Positions 31,141 to 45,289 are shown, counted from the stretch's first letter. The stretch: 64,000 nucleotides of DNA from Amphiscolops sp. MND2022 (GCA_964187785.1 OZ076409.1:19966001-20030000), one strand, 5' to 3'. The notes: generated by a model from the sequence alone, not told the origin. Translations and numbers: made by a program.

Positions 31141-32279
31141 GAAGCTCCAAATCTCAATGTATCCATACACAGGACTACCAGCCTGAGCAATGTATAGATG
31201 AGCTTGAGGTCGAAACTGCATTTACCAAACATTCCCAACTTCGTTCACTTTTTCACAATTCCCTTAATACTCTCTCTCTTCAACAGGTATCGACAGTGAG
31301 CATAATCTGACATCATCGAACTCAAAATTCATAAAATACGTCACTATCGAAGTGTTTGCCATGTGTTTATAAGCTTCATATTTGTTTCCAAACTATCGTG
31401 TGACCTAGTGGAAACCATGCGCGATGTTAACAATTACTGTGCAAGTGTCTGAGGTGGTTACCAAAACGATATCTTAAGGTGGGGTGGATATATTTTCACC
31501 TATAATAAACTGATTAATCGTAGAGTAGTTACCAATTGCATCTGTTATAACCAATAATTCTTTTCTAAATAAGCTGTTATAAAGCATTACTGTTTTCTAA
31601 GTTAGGATCATTCGTTTGCATTGAATTATTTATTGATTGACACGCCGGAGAATAATTAACAAGGGATCCTAAACCTTGTCGATTACCCGAGTCGATGCTC
31701 GGTCTTCCTCAGAGCAGTCTTTACAGTTAAAATGTTGACTTTGATCCTTCCGTTCAATCAGGTTACCGTGTTGTATTCGAGATTGACTAAAGTTGATTTA
31801 AATCAACTTCTGCGAATGCTTCAACATTGTGCGACTTTTGTTGGTGTTGTCTTTGTTTGACAGAAAGTGCAGACCATTATCTGTTCAATTTGAGAACTGT
31901 CATTCTAACTATCGATTATGTGTGACGCCAGCTTGGATGTAACAGGTCAATCCGTATCTCTTTGCGATTTGGTGATTATTTTTGAAAAACAAATAGAAGT
32001 TCGCTTCGTCTGCTCTCATTTGCACATTCCCAGTTTTCGCACAAAGATTTGAAGGTAATGGGGAACATTTTCACAGGTTGCTTCCTCTAGAATTTCGTGA
32101 GTTGAAGTCTAGTTGGAGAAACCAAAAAATTTGAAGTCGGCGATTTAAATAATTATTCTAATAACTAATAATTAACAAACTCAAACTAACGAAAACATGT
32201 TGAAGTCACGAAAATTGTGTAAGACGATCAACAAAGACATTATCTTGCCATTTTCTGCTTTTTCGGTTATTAATTAGCT

Positions 32280-34949
32280 TTTAAAAAACTGGTATGAAAT
32301 TTTTAACAATGTCTAAAGCAAATAAATTTTAGTTCTTCTTGGCATTTTCTCTTTTCCAGAGAGAACCGTTGATAATTTTCTGTCGTTGCAACTTGTGGAG
32401 GTCATCATTTTCGAAAACACTAGGAAACAGTAATGAAATGCCACTAACTGTCAAAAATTGAGCTTTTTCAGTTAGTTTGAGGACATTTAGACAATTTTTC
32501 AACAGAAAAACATCAGTTTCTCATCCGAGTGTTTTGAACATTTTTGCTTGGAAGCATTCAAAAGCTATGAAAATTGGGAATGTTTCAGCTATTTCGTGCG
32601 ATAGCCCATGCTTTTGAGGCCTTCCTTAGCTAAATCTAAGAAAACAAGTCTTAAATAGCTTGCCTGACGGAAACGAAACGAAATCACGGAAAAAGTCGGA
32701 ATATAAAAACTACCAATGCTTCCAGAGCCGAGAAACAGAACAGACAACCCATCAAAGAGGGGCTAAGTTGGTTATACACATAAACCTCGGCCCCACAGAA
32801 GATATAACCATGCGAAGCAGCTGTACAGACAGCGTATGGGTTGACTGCAAAATAGAAAATGATTTCATCCTAGTGGGTGCATTCTTTTGCAAACCCATAG
32901 ACTGACTCATTTCATGAATCACGGGACAAAATAACCCCACGATTAGAGCTAGCCACAAAAATCGGAATATAAATTGTTATACTGGGAGATTTGAACGAGA
33001 GACATCACGTAGGATGATAACAAAATGGTACAAAGCTAGAATATATGAGAACGAATAATCTGAACATCCTTAACAGCGAGCAGCCTATTATTCTGTGCAT
33101 TGGAGGTTCCAGTAAAATCGACCTGGTAATAGAGCGACACCACAGTAGACGATGAGATCGGACTCTTCACTGCGGCTCCAAACCGAGGACACCTTCCAGT
33201 GATCACAACCTTCAATTTCCAACAACAAAAATGTCAGAGATAAATAGGATAAAGACTTACTGGAATTTAATCTAGGAAGAACACGTCATCGGCCGAATCC
33301 GGATACACTAAGGCAAACAGTTTAGACATGATGAACAGAGCTAAAGACGAAGTAAATTCAAGGAAAACGATCTCAATTCACAGCAAAGGTTATTTTACAG
33401 AAACATTATCGCAAATGTCCGAAGAGCTCAGAGAAAAGTTGAAAAAAAGGTCAGACCCATTCAACAGCTTACAGTACGAAATCTTTGAAAATCGATTCAA
33501 AAGAAAACTATTAGTCATTTAAAGCTGCTATCCACAAAGAAACGGCCGAACAACTGAACTATGACAGGGATCTTTTCTGGAATTTGGAAACAAAGAACTC
33601 AACCGGTCAGCCTGTTTAAAAAACTGGTATGAAATTTTTAACAATGTCTAAAGCAAATAAATTTTAGTTCTTCTTGGCATTTTCTCTTTTCCAGAGAGAA
33701 CCGTTGATAATTTTCTGTCGTTGCAACTTGTGGAGGTCATCATTTTCGAAAACACTAGGAAACAGTAATGAAATGCCACTAACTGTCAAAAATTGAGCTT
33801 TTTCAGTTAGTTTGAGGACATTTAGACAATTTTTCAACAGAAAAACATCAGTTTCTCATCCGAGTGTTTTGAACATTTTTGCTTGGAAGCATTCAAAAGC
33901 TATGAAAATTGGGAATGTTTCAGCTATTTCGTGCGATAGCCCATGCTTTTGAGGCCTTCCTTAGCTAAATCTAAGAAAACAAGTCTTAAATAGCTTGCCT
34001 GACGGAAACGAAACGAAATCACGGAAAAAGTCGGAATATAAAAACTACCAATGCTTCCAGAGCCGAGAAACAGAACAGACAACCCATCAAAGAGGGGCTA
34101 AGTTGGTTATACACATAAACCTCGGCCCCACAGAAGATATAACCATGCGAAGCAGCTGTACAGACAGCGTATGGGTTGACTGCAAAATAGAAAATGATTT
34201 CATCCTAGTGGGTGCATTCTTTTGCAAACCCATAGACTGACTCATTTCATGAATCACGGGACAAAATAACCCCACGATTAGAGCTAGCCACAAAAATCGG
34301 AATATAAATTGTTATACTGGGAGATTTGAACGAGAGACATCACGTAGGATGATAACAAAATGGTACAAAGCTAGAATATATGAGAACGAATAATCTGAAC
34401 ATCCTTAACAGCGAGCAGCCTATTATTCTGTGCATTGGAGGTTCCAGTAAAATCGACCTGGTAATAGAGCGACACCACAGTAGACGATGAGATCGGACTC
34501 TTCAATGCGGCTCCAAACCGAGGACACCTTCCAGTGATCACAACCTTCAATTTCCAACAACAAAAATGTCAGAGATAAATAGGATAAAGACTTACTGGAA
34601 TTTAATCTAGGAAGAACACGTCATCGGCCGAATCCGGATACACTAAGGCAAACAGTTTAGACATGATGAACAGAGCTAAAGACGAAGTAAATTCAAGGAA
34701 AACGATCTCAATTCACAGCAAAGGTTATTTTACAGAAACATTATCGCAAATGTCCGAAGAGCTCAGAGAAAAGTTGAAAAAAAGGTCAGACCCATTCAAC
34801 AGCTTACAGTACGAAATCTTTGAAAATCGATTCAAAAGAAAACTATTAGTCATTTAAAGCTGCTATCCACAAAGAAACGGCCGAACAACTGAACTATGAC
34901 AGGGATCTTTTCTGGAATTTGGAAACAAAGAACTCAACCGGTCAGCCTG
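32280..34949. repeat. Near-perfect 1335-bp tandem duplication
   Basis: 32280-33614 repeats at 33615-34949 (identical ORFs at 32660/33995 and 33328/34663). One substitution seen (33170 vs 34505). Confidence 0.95.
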
Positions 34950-36000
34950 TTCCTATGGGTTGTCTAATAGACAGCGAAAAAGATCTAAACGCAACGGAAG
35001 AAATATTCAACTACCTCCATGAAGTATTTTTCAGGAAATCACATTGCTGAAACGAACTCCAATGAAAACTGGAAGATGCCCGTGTTCGTGCGATCGCCCA
35101 GAATACGAAAGCGACGCTCTCAACTACCTCATTCAAGAGAATAAAGTTTTTTTGGGTCAAGGAAACGTCAAATGGTCTGGTGAAGCATTGGATCGAGACG
35201 GAACACACCCTCTTACGTTGAAAAACAGTTCCCAACTTCAGATCTTCATTGACAATTCTGTTCAATCTCTGCGTAGAGAAAGGTAAATACATCTAGAATG
35301 AAGGTGAAGTAGTTTTCCTACGGAAAGAAAGTAAACATTACTATGAAATGTCCAGCAGCTATAGACAGATCAGCATTACATCGTAAGTTGGCAAACTGTT
35401 CAAAAGAGTCCCACAGAACAGACTACGAAAACATTCGAAAGCAGAAATGCTGCTCGATGATCAAAGTTTTAGGAGAAAAGGAGCACGTGTCGTTACATTT
35501 ACAGACTTATCAACTTGAAGTCGGAGACAGATAAAAAAAATTGAGCACAATCGCACTGTTCAAGGATTTGGAGAAACCTTACGATTCGGTATGGCTAGAG
35601 GGATTGTTGTATAAATTAATGATCTCCAGCACGTCAGGGAGATTCTTTGAAACTTCAAGAAAGCCGCAAGACAGTGTACGGTCACCGCTGTTATTCATCT
35701 TTTTCTGCGGAGACATGTTCAACGGCTGTGTCGTTAAACCCTTTGAATAAACGCAGATTACGCTACACTCGGAACAGCAGCCGAGACAACGGAAGAAGCA
35801 AATCTGACAGGAACGAAGAAGATCGGAACCAAAAGTGACGAAAGACTGAGAAAATGACGTATCAAAATCTCCAGCAGCAAAACGGAGTTTCTGTTCCCTG
35901 GACCGCGAAAAAGTGACATTGTGAAACGCCTGAAAAACTCTAGATGAAATTAGACGATCGAAATCTTCAAAAACCCTTGGCATAAACGTTGACGAGATGC
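32640..36000 (+). pseudogene. Highly degenerate LINE ORF2 (APE/RT) remnant
   Basis: ILGD, SKIDLVI, HLPVIT-like APE fragments, then LFKDLEKPYDSVW and PQDSVRSPLLFIFF RT motifs, with many stops. Confidence 0.65.
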
Positions 36001-38498
36001 TACGTTAGAGCATTTGCCATGTACTAGGGCTGTATTAGGTTCAAATCCATCTCAACTCACCATTGTTGGGCCTTGAGCAATTCCTTCATTCCTAGCTCAG
36101 TGGTATGGTCAGAGAAAAAGAAACCACGCACAGAGAAAAACAAAATAAAAAAGAGCAACGGTGAGCATCAGACCTGTGACCTTAAGCAAGTCACTTTAAA
36201 ACCACAGTCTTTAGCCATTGTTTTACCACTTGGTTGCAAATATGGTACCATAGCTAGCTATGGGCGGATAGTATCCGAAAGGGCGCCGACTTAGAAAAAC
36301 TGAACTGCTCATTCGGCGTGCCGAACAAAATATTAAAACAATGCTTGTGGACAAGGTGAATCAGCTTCTATTAATTTGGAAGATTTCAGAGGGTCAAGTT
36401 GAACGGTGTTTTGGTGTAATCCCTACTAGTAACCACTAGAACTAACTTCTTTGTCGGGTAACTTTTTAAACCTTATTTGCTCTGCAAATCACACAACTCT
36501 AAGATATGGTCACCAAGTTTTCAAAGAGTGAACAATACGGTTATATTTCAAAAACGAGCACAACGGTGGATTATCAGTATTGACGATTATCATTAACGTC
36601 TCATTGCACTCAAGCTATTCATTACATCGTATCAACATCCGATGGAAGATTTGATTTTTCTGAATCAGCTTGTGAACGATCTTTTCAATAAGAACACTTC
36701 CAGTGTTACCAACTTGAAGCCGCCTTCTAGCTATTATCTCGGACGAATGATTTGAAAATCACATTAGACCCATACGAGCTTGAAAAAGCCGGAAAAACGT
36801 TTGGCATTCGAGCGGACATCCCAAGAAACCATCATCATTTCCTCCGTTGTCGACTGGGGTTGGCGGGGCACCCCTGAATTAACAAGCGCCTCTCCTAAGA
36901 AATCGATTAGAAAAATTACTCCTAGGAAATCGATTAGAAAAATTATGATATTTCAGTGTTTGAATCTGCAACAATTTTCGAATCGAAATTCGAATTCTTA
37001 GCAGCCGATATCTTCAGTTCATACAATGCTCTGGATCGATGCAGTCAATTTTTAATAACCTACGGCCTTCGAAACACTTTCAACTCAAACTGTAGCAAAG
37101 GGATACTTAAACTTTGTCCTTGTAGCGGAACAAAAAGAATGATAGGAACTAACTGTCTTTTTCTGAATAAACAGAGTTCAGGACTGTCACCAGACATAAA
37201 ACCACAGCAAGTGTGTAACTTCCCATATTTGTCTAAACAAATCTGTTGTCCAGAAGTATGTGGTTGTTGTTTCGGGGATTCGCAGATGAACAGGAAGGGA
37301 TACAAATTCTCTGAAATGGAATTTAATCATTAGTGTTTCACAGCTTCGAATTCAAAATCGTGTGCCATGCTTTCGCAAATGTATACGATTAAATAAAACT
37401 CGTATTACATTAAATAATCCCAATATCAGACACATGTATTGGTTGTGGTTATAAGACTCGGTCATCTCCTTTTGTGACCCCTCCAAATCAACCTACGTTA
37501 AAACGAGTGGTTGGATCACTTCATTGCTGAATTTAAGGCAATAGGGAAAGGCGAAAACACTTTCAACTGACTGATATCGAATGTAAGCCAGATCAAAAAT
37601 CAGAAAATTTGAATTAATTTACGGAACTATGGCACTAGATTTGTTTTCCGAGCTACCGTAAGTCACCAACCATCGCTGTAATATGAGCATCGATTTGACT
37701 TCGAGTTAATAGAAACCTATTTGTCGAAACAGTATCATATAAAACATTTCATACAATGATCCTCGGATATTCTTGCTCGTGATAGAGAACTTTGTGGAAA
37801 CTTGTTATTCAGACTTAATCGCCTGCTGTATGCATGTTAATCATGAATTTAGGAAGTTAATTATTGCGACAGCATCGACTTCTGATAAAACGTACCAGAA
37901 AGTGCCTGGTTTTACCAGATTGCGGTAACTACTGATGATGACAAATGTCGACTCTTTCTTGTTCGTCAATCGCTAATGTTGTCCAGAAAAATAACTCCAC
38001 TCTTTCGAACAATGTGTTATATAATGACTTTGACCACTATCTGTTGATTACTAACTTATTAACCGTGACTAACTCTTAACTAACTGTACTCATTTTCAGA
38101 CTATGTTGAATAAAAGCTTCACCCTAAAAGCCTGTTTTCTATACAACCATTTTATTCAACCAAAAAAAATTATTCAACGTAATCAGATGCGATTTCGCAC
38201 ATTGAAGCCGTACACAGCAGCCAACCAACTAATCACTGACTCTGACTTCGCAGTTTTCCTTCCCGAATTTCAATATCCTTACGACACCTGGGGGGAAAAC
38301 TTGGCACGTCATTGATTTTCTGCCCACCACAGGTCAATTCAAGGTAGTGGTTTTATTCATTGGTGCCAATTGCTTGTTCGACAAAAACGGAAACAGCGTT
38401 TCATCGCCGATTGACGTTGCAGAAGTTTTCAAAGCTCGCAGACCGTTTGGTGGCATTAGCAGACAAAATGGTTATCAAACACAAAAAGGTTTCTCAAT

Positions 38499-38538
38499 GT
38501 TAAAACGTTTTCAATTCCAAGGAGTCATCATCAGTAAC
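38499..38538 (-). ncRNA. Type I hammerhead ribozyme motif in Penelope pLTR
   Basis: gtta-CTGATGA-T-gactccttggaatt-GAAA-ACGT-T-T-taac: intact core, stems I and II, and palindromic AACGTT stem III. Confidence 0.65.
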
Positions 38539-38539
38539 T

Positions 38540-38897
38540 AACAAGACGAGAACGTCCAAAGTCGGCGCCATATCTAAGGTTCAAAAAGCGCAAAAAAATT
38601 TTTTGGAAAAAAACATGAATTTTTGAAAAAAAAATTTCTTTCAAAAAAAGTCGCATAGTGCCGAAAAAAATCCAAAGGGGGACCCTTTGGGCACGTCCGG
38701 TTGTGTATGTTTCCTTGAAAAAGTAAAAACTGAAAGGGGGACCCTTTGGAGTAAAGTTTGCCTTCTGCGCAGAATTGCAGAATTGTAAGAAAAGTGGACC
38801 ACTCAGAGTGAGATTGTCAACTGAAAAAAACAAAAAAAAAAAAAACTACTCACTGTAAGAGTCGGGCTTTTTTCCTTAAGGGAAAAGGCGCCGACTA
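38540..38897 (-). mobile_element. HINE-like element inserted in the Penelope pLTR
   Basis: Family termini. The empty site at 50341-50357 shows insertion into an A/T run without a real TSD. Confidence 0.8.
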
Positions 38898-40217
38898 AAA
38901 ATACACAGTAGTAGTAGTAGTAAAAGGCTTAAATTACACATTGTGTACTAAATATATTACATGCATCAGAAATTAAAATAAGATAAACAATTTTTGGTTT
39001 TAGCAAAATGCGCAACAAAAAACTTTTTTAGATTGGGTCTGAATATATTAGGGTCTGTCATGATATCGAGAGTCGTATGCCTCTGAATGAAGTTTGCATA
39101 TTTAGTTGCTCTGTTGAAAAAGTTTGATTGGCATAGTTTTGTTCTGTAATATCTTGGTTTGAACGTAACTTTCGCGTCTCGCCTCAAACTGTATATGGTG
39201 GCACTCTCGATATAAATATGATCCCAAACTGGAAAATCCATAATGCCATTGACCATTTTATTGAATAGCAATATATCTTTAAGCTATAGAGCCATTTTGA
39301 TCGGAAGTAGCTCTGTTTTCAACAGCCTTGATGGATAGTCTCTTTCTGTTACAATCCATTTGCTGACATGATTTTGGAATCTCTCCATCCTCGATATATC
39401 ATTTGAAGAGGGAAACCATGCTTCAGATGCATAGAAGAGCACTGGCATCAAAAATTGTTTGTAGACCCTGAGTTTGGTCCTCATGTCCAGTTTATCAGGC
39501 AGCTGTCTCTTCAAATCCTGAAACAATCCATAGCAAGTGGAAAGTTTTTTGGAAATATGTTGCGACCATTTTAATTTCTCGTTAAAATAGACACCAAGAT
39601 CTTTAACTAGTTCTGATGGAATAATTGTATCATGGGCACATTTGATAAACAACGTTGAAGAATTTGTTCCAAAGTCCAGAAAATTCGTTTTGATAGAGTT
39701 AAATTTCATAGCGTTGTTATCGCCCCATATCAGACAGTTGTTCAAATCCAATTGAAAATCAGTTAAGGAAATATTATTTTTCAGCTTGCTATCGTCAGCG
39801 TATAAGTATAATATTGAATTAATACAAGACTGAGGTAAGTCATTTATAAAAATGACAAATAAAAGGGGACCCAAAATAGAACCCTGTGGCACCCCACTGG
39901 TTACAGATTGATAATCGGATTCCGTACGTTTCGGCACAAGACGTTTCGGCAACAAGATGGCGGAAGACGTTTCGGCAACTTTTTGTTGCCGAAACGTCTT
40001 TGGTGCCGAAACGTCTTTTTCTAAAGTCAAATTTTGGAAAAATGAAATGAAAAGAATTATGTACCGAAAACATTGATTCAATTGATGAATATATGAACAA
40101 CAATAAATGAATTGAGAAAAAAATAACAAGAACAGAAAGTTGAGTTGTTATTATGAACTGAAATGTTGAGAGCTGTTATTATGAAATGAATCAGTAAACA
40201 AGTGAATGTTTCAGAAG

Positions 40218-41119
40218 GGTTACCAGTCACTTGGCTTAATACCACTTGGCTTAATTTTTTCGTCGAGTCATTTGGCTTAAAAATTTTAAGCCAACTGACC
40301 ACAAAATTAAGCCAACTCCATTCCAACTCAAGGAATAAATATGTCAACTCCCGGAAATATCATAATGTGGGGCATATGGGGTGGGCGGAAATAGGTCGAA
40401 GGAACGGGATCGAAAATCAGAGTTAGTCCTCAGGTCGACATACCAAATTTTTTGAATGGGATCGAAACAACTCGGATCGAAATTTTTAAAACGTAGTCAG
40501 ATATGTTCACATACCCCTAGTGCCCTAAATGCAGGAGCGAAGCGAAGCGGAGCGACGTGCCATTATGGCCATGCCTCAATGTTGCTACTTGGCGAAGGGA
40601 GCGAAGCGACCGAGCCATACAACAAATACGATAAAATTCGACCGCATTCCATTCGATCCCAGCAATTCGATCAAAAGGTTCGACCTCTGTCCTTTCGACC
40701 AGAAAAATTCGACCTGTTTACAGCCACCCGGGCATATGCGGTGTATGCACGCTCGCCCTCACCGGCGCAAAGACCAGCTCCCACTACGATCGCTTCGCGA
40801 TCTTCGTTCCCGCTAGGTCTTTGCTCCTGTTCGACCTCGCTTAGCAAGATGGGAATATAAGCGGCCCCAAGGGGCCGCAGGGCACTAGAGGAAATGGGGA
40901 CATATCCGAGGTGTACTTGATATGACATGTTATAATAATACGCTGACTACGTTATAAAGATAAATTTGTGTTTTCAACTAAGTGGTTTCAAGTCAAATGA
41001 CTTTAAGCCAAATGACCAATACCCGAGACACTTGGCTTAAAAAAATTAAGCCAAGTGACCAATTGTATTGAGCCAAATGACTTTAAGCCAAATGGCATTA
41101 AGCCAAGTGACCATTTACC
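40218..41119. mobile_element. MITE family A (TTAAGCCAAGTGAC arrays, core-2)
   Basis: GGTTACCAGTCACTTGGC / GCCAAGTGACCATTTACC ends, 8-bp TSD TTCAGAAG. Confidence 0.85.
40379..40729. mobile_element. MITE family B (TCGAA arrays, core-1) nested in MITE A
   Basis: GGGTGG..GGTCGAA / TTCGACC..CCACCC ends, 9-bp TSD GGGCATATG. The empty site is seen in the 46873 copy. Confidence 0.9.
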
Positions 41120-41144
41120 TTCAGAAGTTTGGAATTGTTTCGAG

Positions 41145-42658
41145 TCAATGGAATTGGTGCACGCAAAATGAAATATCCTTCAGCAGCTGGGTGGCGTCGA
41201 TCGTGCCTTCCTTGTACGTTTTCCATAATTTAATTATACCAGATTGAGTAGTTTGAGACTCCTTGCGCTGATACCGGTAAACTTGTCCTTTGCTCAACAA
41301 CTCAGTAGTGATAATAACCAGTTTGGATTCATCCTGCAACAGGCGAACGAGTACGTAAAATTGTAAGGAATTACGACCAGCTTTGCTATTTAAGCGGCGA
41401 TGATAACCTTCAGCGTCATTGTTGGTGCGAATAGGACGATCGTATACATTGACATCATTAATACTTCAAATTGAATGCGATAACCAGGTTTTAGCGTAAT
41501 AATCGAATAAGGCAGTAAGGGCTGGATTGGTAGCAAACGAATTAGCAAGCACTTCATACTGCTCCATGACACACACACAGATGGTAGGAAAATAAGTCCC
41601 ATCAGCTTTCGACACACCAATTTAGTTCCTGTGTCGTTTTGATAACGAACACCTAATCCAAGCTCAGCAACTTTTCCATAAATTGCCTGACAGTGATGAA
41701 ACGCACATCCTTTCATTCTGACATTGGGATACACTGAACGGCACGCAGTCCATACTGATGCCTCAAAATCTGCAACAATCTCCAATGGCGAAACACCGGC
41801 TAATTCGTTAAGCTTCTGGAGAACTACAGCATAATCAGACTTCCGACGACCGGAGATCAAAACATAAAGTAAAGGAACTTGCTTATACTTGCTACCGCTG
41901 GAAATAAAGGCATGAATTATCCAAAGCTGTCTGAAGGGTTGCTTAACTACCTTGAAGGTGGCATCCACATACCAGTAGTCAGCTCTTCCTAAAATATGAA
42001 GCTGCTCCGGTGTGGCGAATACCAAGTGTCGGCGGTCCTTAAACTTGATATCGGCTTGAAGAAACCCAGCCACTTTCGACTGATCAATGTCAAAAAAGAG
42101 TGAAAAAGGTTCCCCAGGACGATCACGTTGTCTTGATCGGTTAATAGCTCGTGCAAGGGCCGACGTGGCAACCGGTAAATTTTCTTTTGCAATTGTTGAC
42201 TCAGCAATTGTTCCAGCTGATTCGAAGACGTTTTTTCTTCCCCTGGCCTGACCCGAGCGATAAACGATTGTTTTCGATATCTTTGAGAGATCAGGAGGAT
42301 GGTTGTGATGGCTTGATCCATGCTTGATTTCATCTCCCGTCTGGGCGACTGTTGCATTACAATAGGATTTCGAGCTCCGCTCCGTACAACGCCAGTATGT
42401 CGTACTACCGGACTTATTTTTCCTTAAGACCGTATAGGAAAAACCTTGATTTGAGACCAACATATCATTTCCTCTTTCCGTTCCGGATTTTAATATTTCA
42501 TAATCGATTATATCTGGGAGCACCACTTCACGTGGCGGTGGATCTTGCAACTGACCAAATACGTTGGATCGTCGAAGCTCCGAAATAACTATGCTCTCTG
42601 TTGCGTCCTCCTCATCACTACTGGGAAAATACTCCTCAAAGATGATCATATCATCCAT
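41145..42658 (-). pseudogene. FLYWCH + MULE DDE transposase with one frameshift at an (AC)n tract near 41570
   Basis: GFSY..YWRC..C..HNH (FLYWCH), YVDATFK, ADFE and GCAFHHCQA. RTNNDAEGYHRRLN continues in the shifted frame to the stop at 41145. Confidence 0.9.
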
Positions 42659-45289
42659 TTTTATCTAAAACAGACCAATAGTAAACAACTTGAGACAAAT
42701 CAGGAAACGTTTCGAGACGTTTCGGCATAACTTCAGAATCACAGGGGGTGGAAGACGTTTCGGCAACTTTTTGTTGCCGAAACGTCCGCCGCCATCTTGT
42801 TGCCGAAACGTCTTGTGCCGAAACGTCTTTAAGCTATAGAGCCATTTGGATCGGAAGTAGCTCTGTTTTCAACAGCCTTGATGGATAGTCTCTTTCTGTT
42901 ACAATCCATTTGCTGACATGATTTTGGAATCTCTCCATCCTCGATATATCATTTGAAGAGGGAAACCATGCTTCAGATGCATAGAAGAGCACTGGCATCA
43001 AAAATTGTTTGTAGACCCTGAGTTTGGTCCTCATGTCCAGTTTATCAGGCAGCTGTCTCTTCAAATCCTGAAACAATCCATAGCAAGTGGAAAGTTTTTT
43101 GGAAAAATGTTGCGACCATTTTAATTTCTCGTTAAAATAGACACCAAGATCTTTAACTAGTTCTGATGGAATAATTGTATCATGGGCACATTTGATAAAC
43201 AACGTTGAAGAATTTGTTCCAAAGTCCAGAAAATTCGTTTTGATAGAGTTAAATTTCATAGCGTTGTTATCGCCCCATATCAGACAGTTGTTCAAATCCA
43301 ATTGAAAATCAGTTAGGGAAATATTATTTTTCAGCTTGCTATCGTCAGCGTATAAGTATAATATTGAATTAATACAAGACTGAGGTAAGTCATTTATAAA
43401 AATGACAAATAAAAGGGGACCCAAAATAGAACCCTGTGGCACCCCACTGGTTACAGATTGATAATCACTAAACGTGTTGCAAAATTTAACACATTGATAT
43501 CTCCCAGATAGGTATGAAGCTATTAGTTTCAAAAGCGTTCCTCCAATCCCAATTTTACGTAATTTTGCGAGCAATAAGTTATGCTGCACCTTGTCAAACG
43601 CTTTACTGAAGTCTAGATACGCACAGTATGCAGTGCGGTTGTTGTCAATGTCTTGATAAATGTCGTCTAAGAATATAATAAGTTGCAGAACAGTAGTTTC
43701 TTTCTAACAAACCCATACTGATGTTTGTAGATCTTATCACGGATTTTTTGGTAGAGATAATTAAAAAGGATTCGTTCAAAGGATAGTGATAGCTTCGAAA
43801 GGTTAGATATGGGTCGATAGGAAGTCACATCTGTTTTCTTGCCCTTTATGAAGGTCGGTTTTATGAAGGAACATTTCCAAGAATTAGGGTATATACCGGT
43901 ATTGGCAAAAGCTGAGAATAATTTGAAGATATGAAATGTAAGCTGTGTGGAATATTGAGACAGGAAGCTTCCTGGTATTCCATCTAACCCTGAACCAGGA
44001 GTACACTTTTTCAAAGCTTCGTTGACATCATCGAATGTAATGATTAGTGTATTGTGATCATTTGGAGAAAAATCTCCAAATGGTGACATTGAAGGTTCAT
44101 AATAAGTAGCAAAATAGTTATTGAAAGTATTGGCGATTTTGCAAGCATCACTTATCCACGTTTGATCATTTTCATCAAAAAATGCTTGAGGTAGGTTATT
44201 GTCAGTTGAGAGGCTATTTAATAATTTGTAACAGCCGAAAATTCCACTATTTTGACGGCAGAACTGTTCCAAAAATACGGTCGTATCCAGAATAATTGAT
44301 TCTTCACATGATGAATCCAATTCCTGATGATTGCATGGTATATTTTGCTTCATATGTTTTCGGCAAGCCGTATTTCGTTTATTGAGGAGATGCATGGTGT
44401 GTGAAGAGTAAAAGTATGGTACTTGCTGTCTCTTTTTACGTTTAGTAGTTTGAAAAGCATGTAAGTAGCTTTGGAAAGTTTTGAGCCAATTTTCAGCATA
44501 ATATGCAATATTTTGCTGGATGATTGAAAAGAGTGATTCCGATAGATAGTCTGCAAGAGCAGCAAAATTCTTTGATGAAAGTTGAGGTAGGGGATTTTCG
44601 TTTCGGTTTACCATTTGCGAGACGATAGTGAATATAATGGCTTTGTGGTCAGAAAATGCGACATTTTTGGCTTCAAATTCATTTGCAAATGGATCGGAAA
44701 AATTTTTCCAGACCAAGTCCAGGGTATTTAACGACTTATGAGTAGGCACGTTCACAAATTGTTGGAAATTGTTTTCAAGTAAATACTCAATAATCTCATT
44801 AAATGCGAGATCTCGAGATGTATATGATGACCAATCTGTTTCTGGCTGGTTAAAGTCTCCAAGAATAAGAGTTTTATGTGTTTCGAACTTTCCGGAAAGA
44901 CTTTTTAGCAGTAGCAGAATATTTTTGGGCTCGATTCGGTAGCAACTATTCTTCGGGGGGTTGTAGATACAAATAATAAGTAACGGAGATCCTATTTGCA
45001 AAACTGCAGCACAACAAAAATCATGTTTCACTTTTATTGGTGTAATTGGGATAGAATTTCGATTAATTATGGCAGTGCCTCCATGTATCCCACTTTTTCT
45101 ATCTTTCCGGCATTTCATAGTATATTCGTTAGTAGCAAATAGGTTTGAAGTGCATGATGAATCCAACCAGGTTTCGGTTAAACATAAAATATCTAGCTGT
45201 TGACTGTAGGCCAAGTTCATTAATGATAAACGTTTTGAGAAACTAACTATGCTGCGGCAGTTTAGGAGCGATATTCGTAGTAGATTCAG

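Larger units (their letters stand above)
39917..42826 (-). mobile_element. Mutator-superfamily (FLYWCH-MULE, Phantom-like) transposon with GACGTTTCGGCA repeat-array TIRs
   Basis: Inverted repeat arrays at 39917-40016 and ~42706-42826 enclose the transposase. The outermost right terminus is missing. Confidence 0.85.

Noticed and set aside
36500..37333. Cys-rich short ORFs on both strands
   Set aside because: No recognisable motif or consistent splice model.
37925..37960. Hammerhead-like CTGATGATGACAAATGTCGA on +
   Set aside because: The GAAA box and stems I/III are missing; at best a decayed remnant.
39284..40129. 281-aa ORF as a novel fusion protein
   Set aside because: Chance read-through from the MULE TIR into the duplicated LINE RT fragment, with a non-ATG start.
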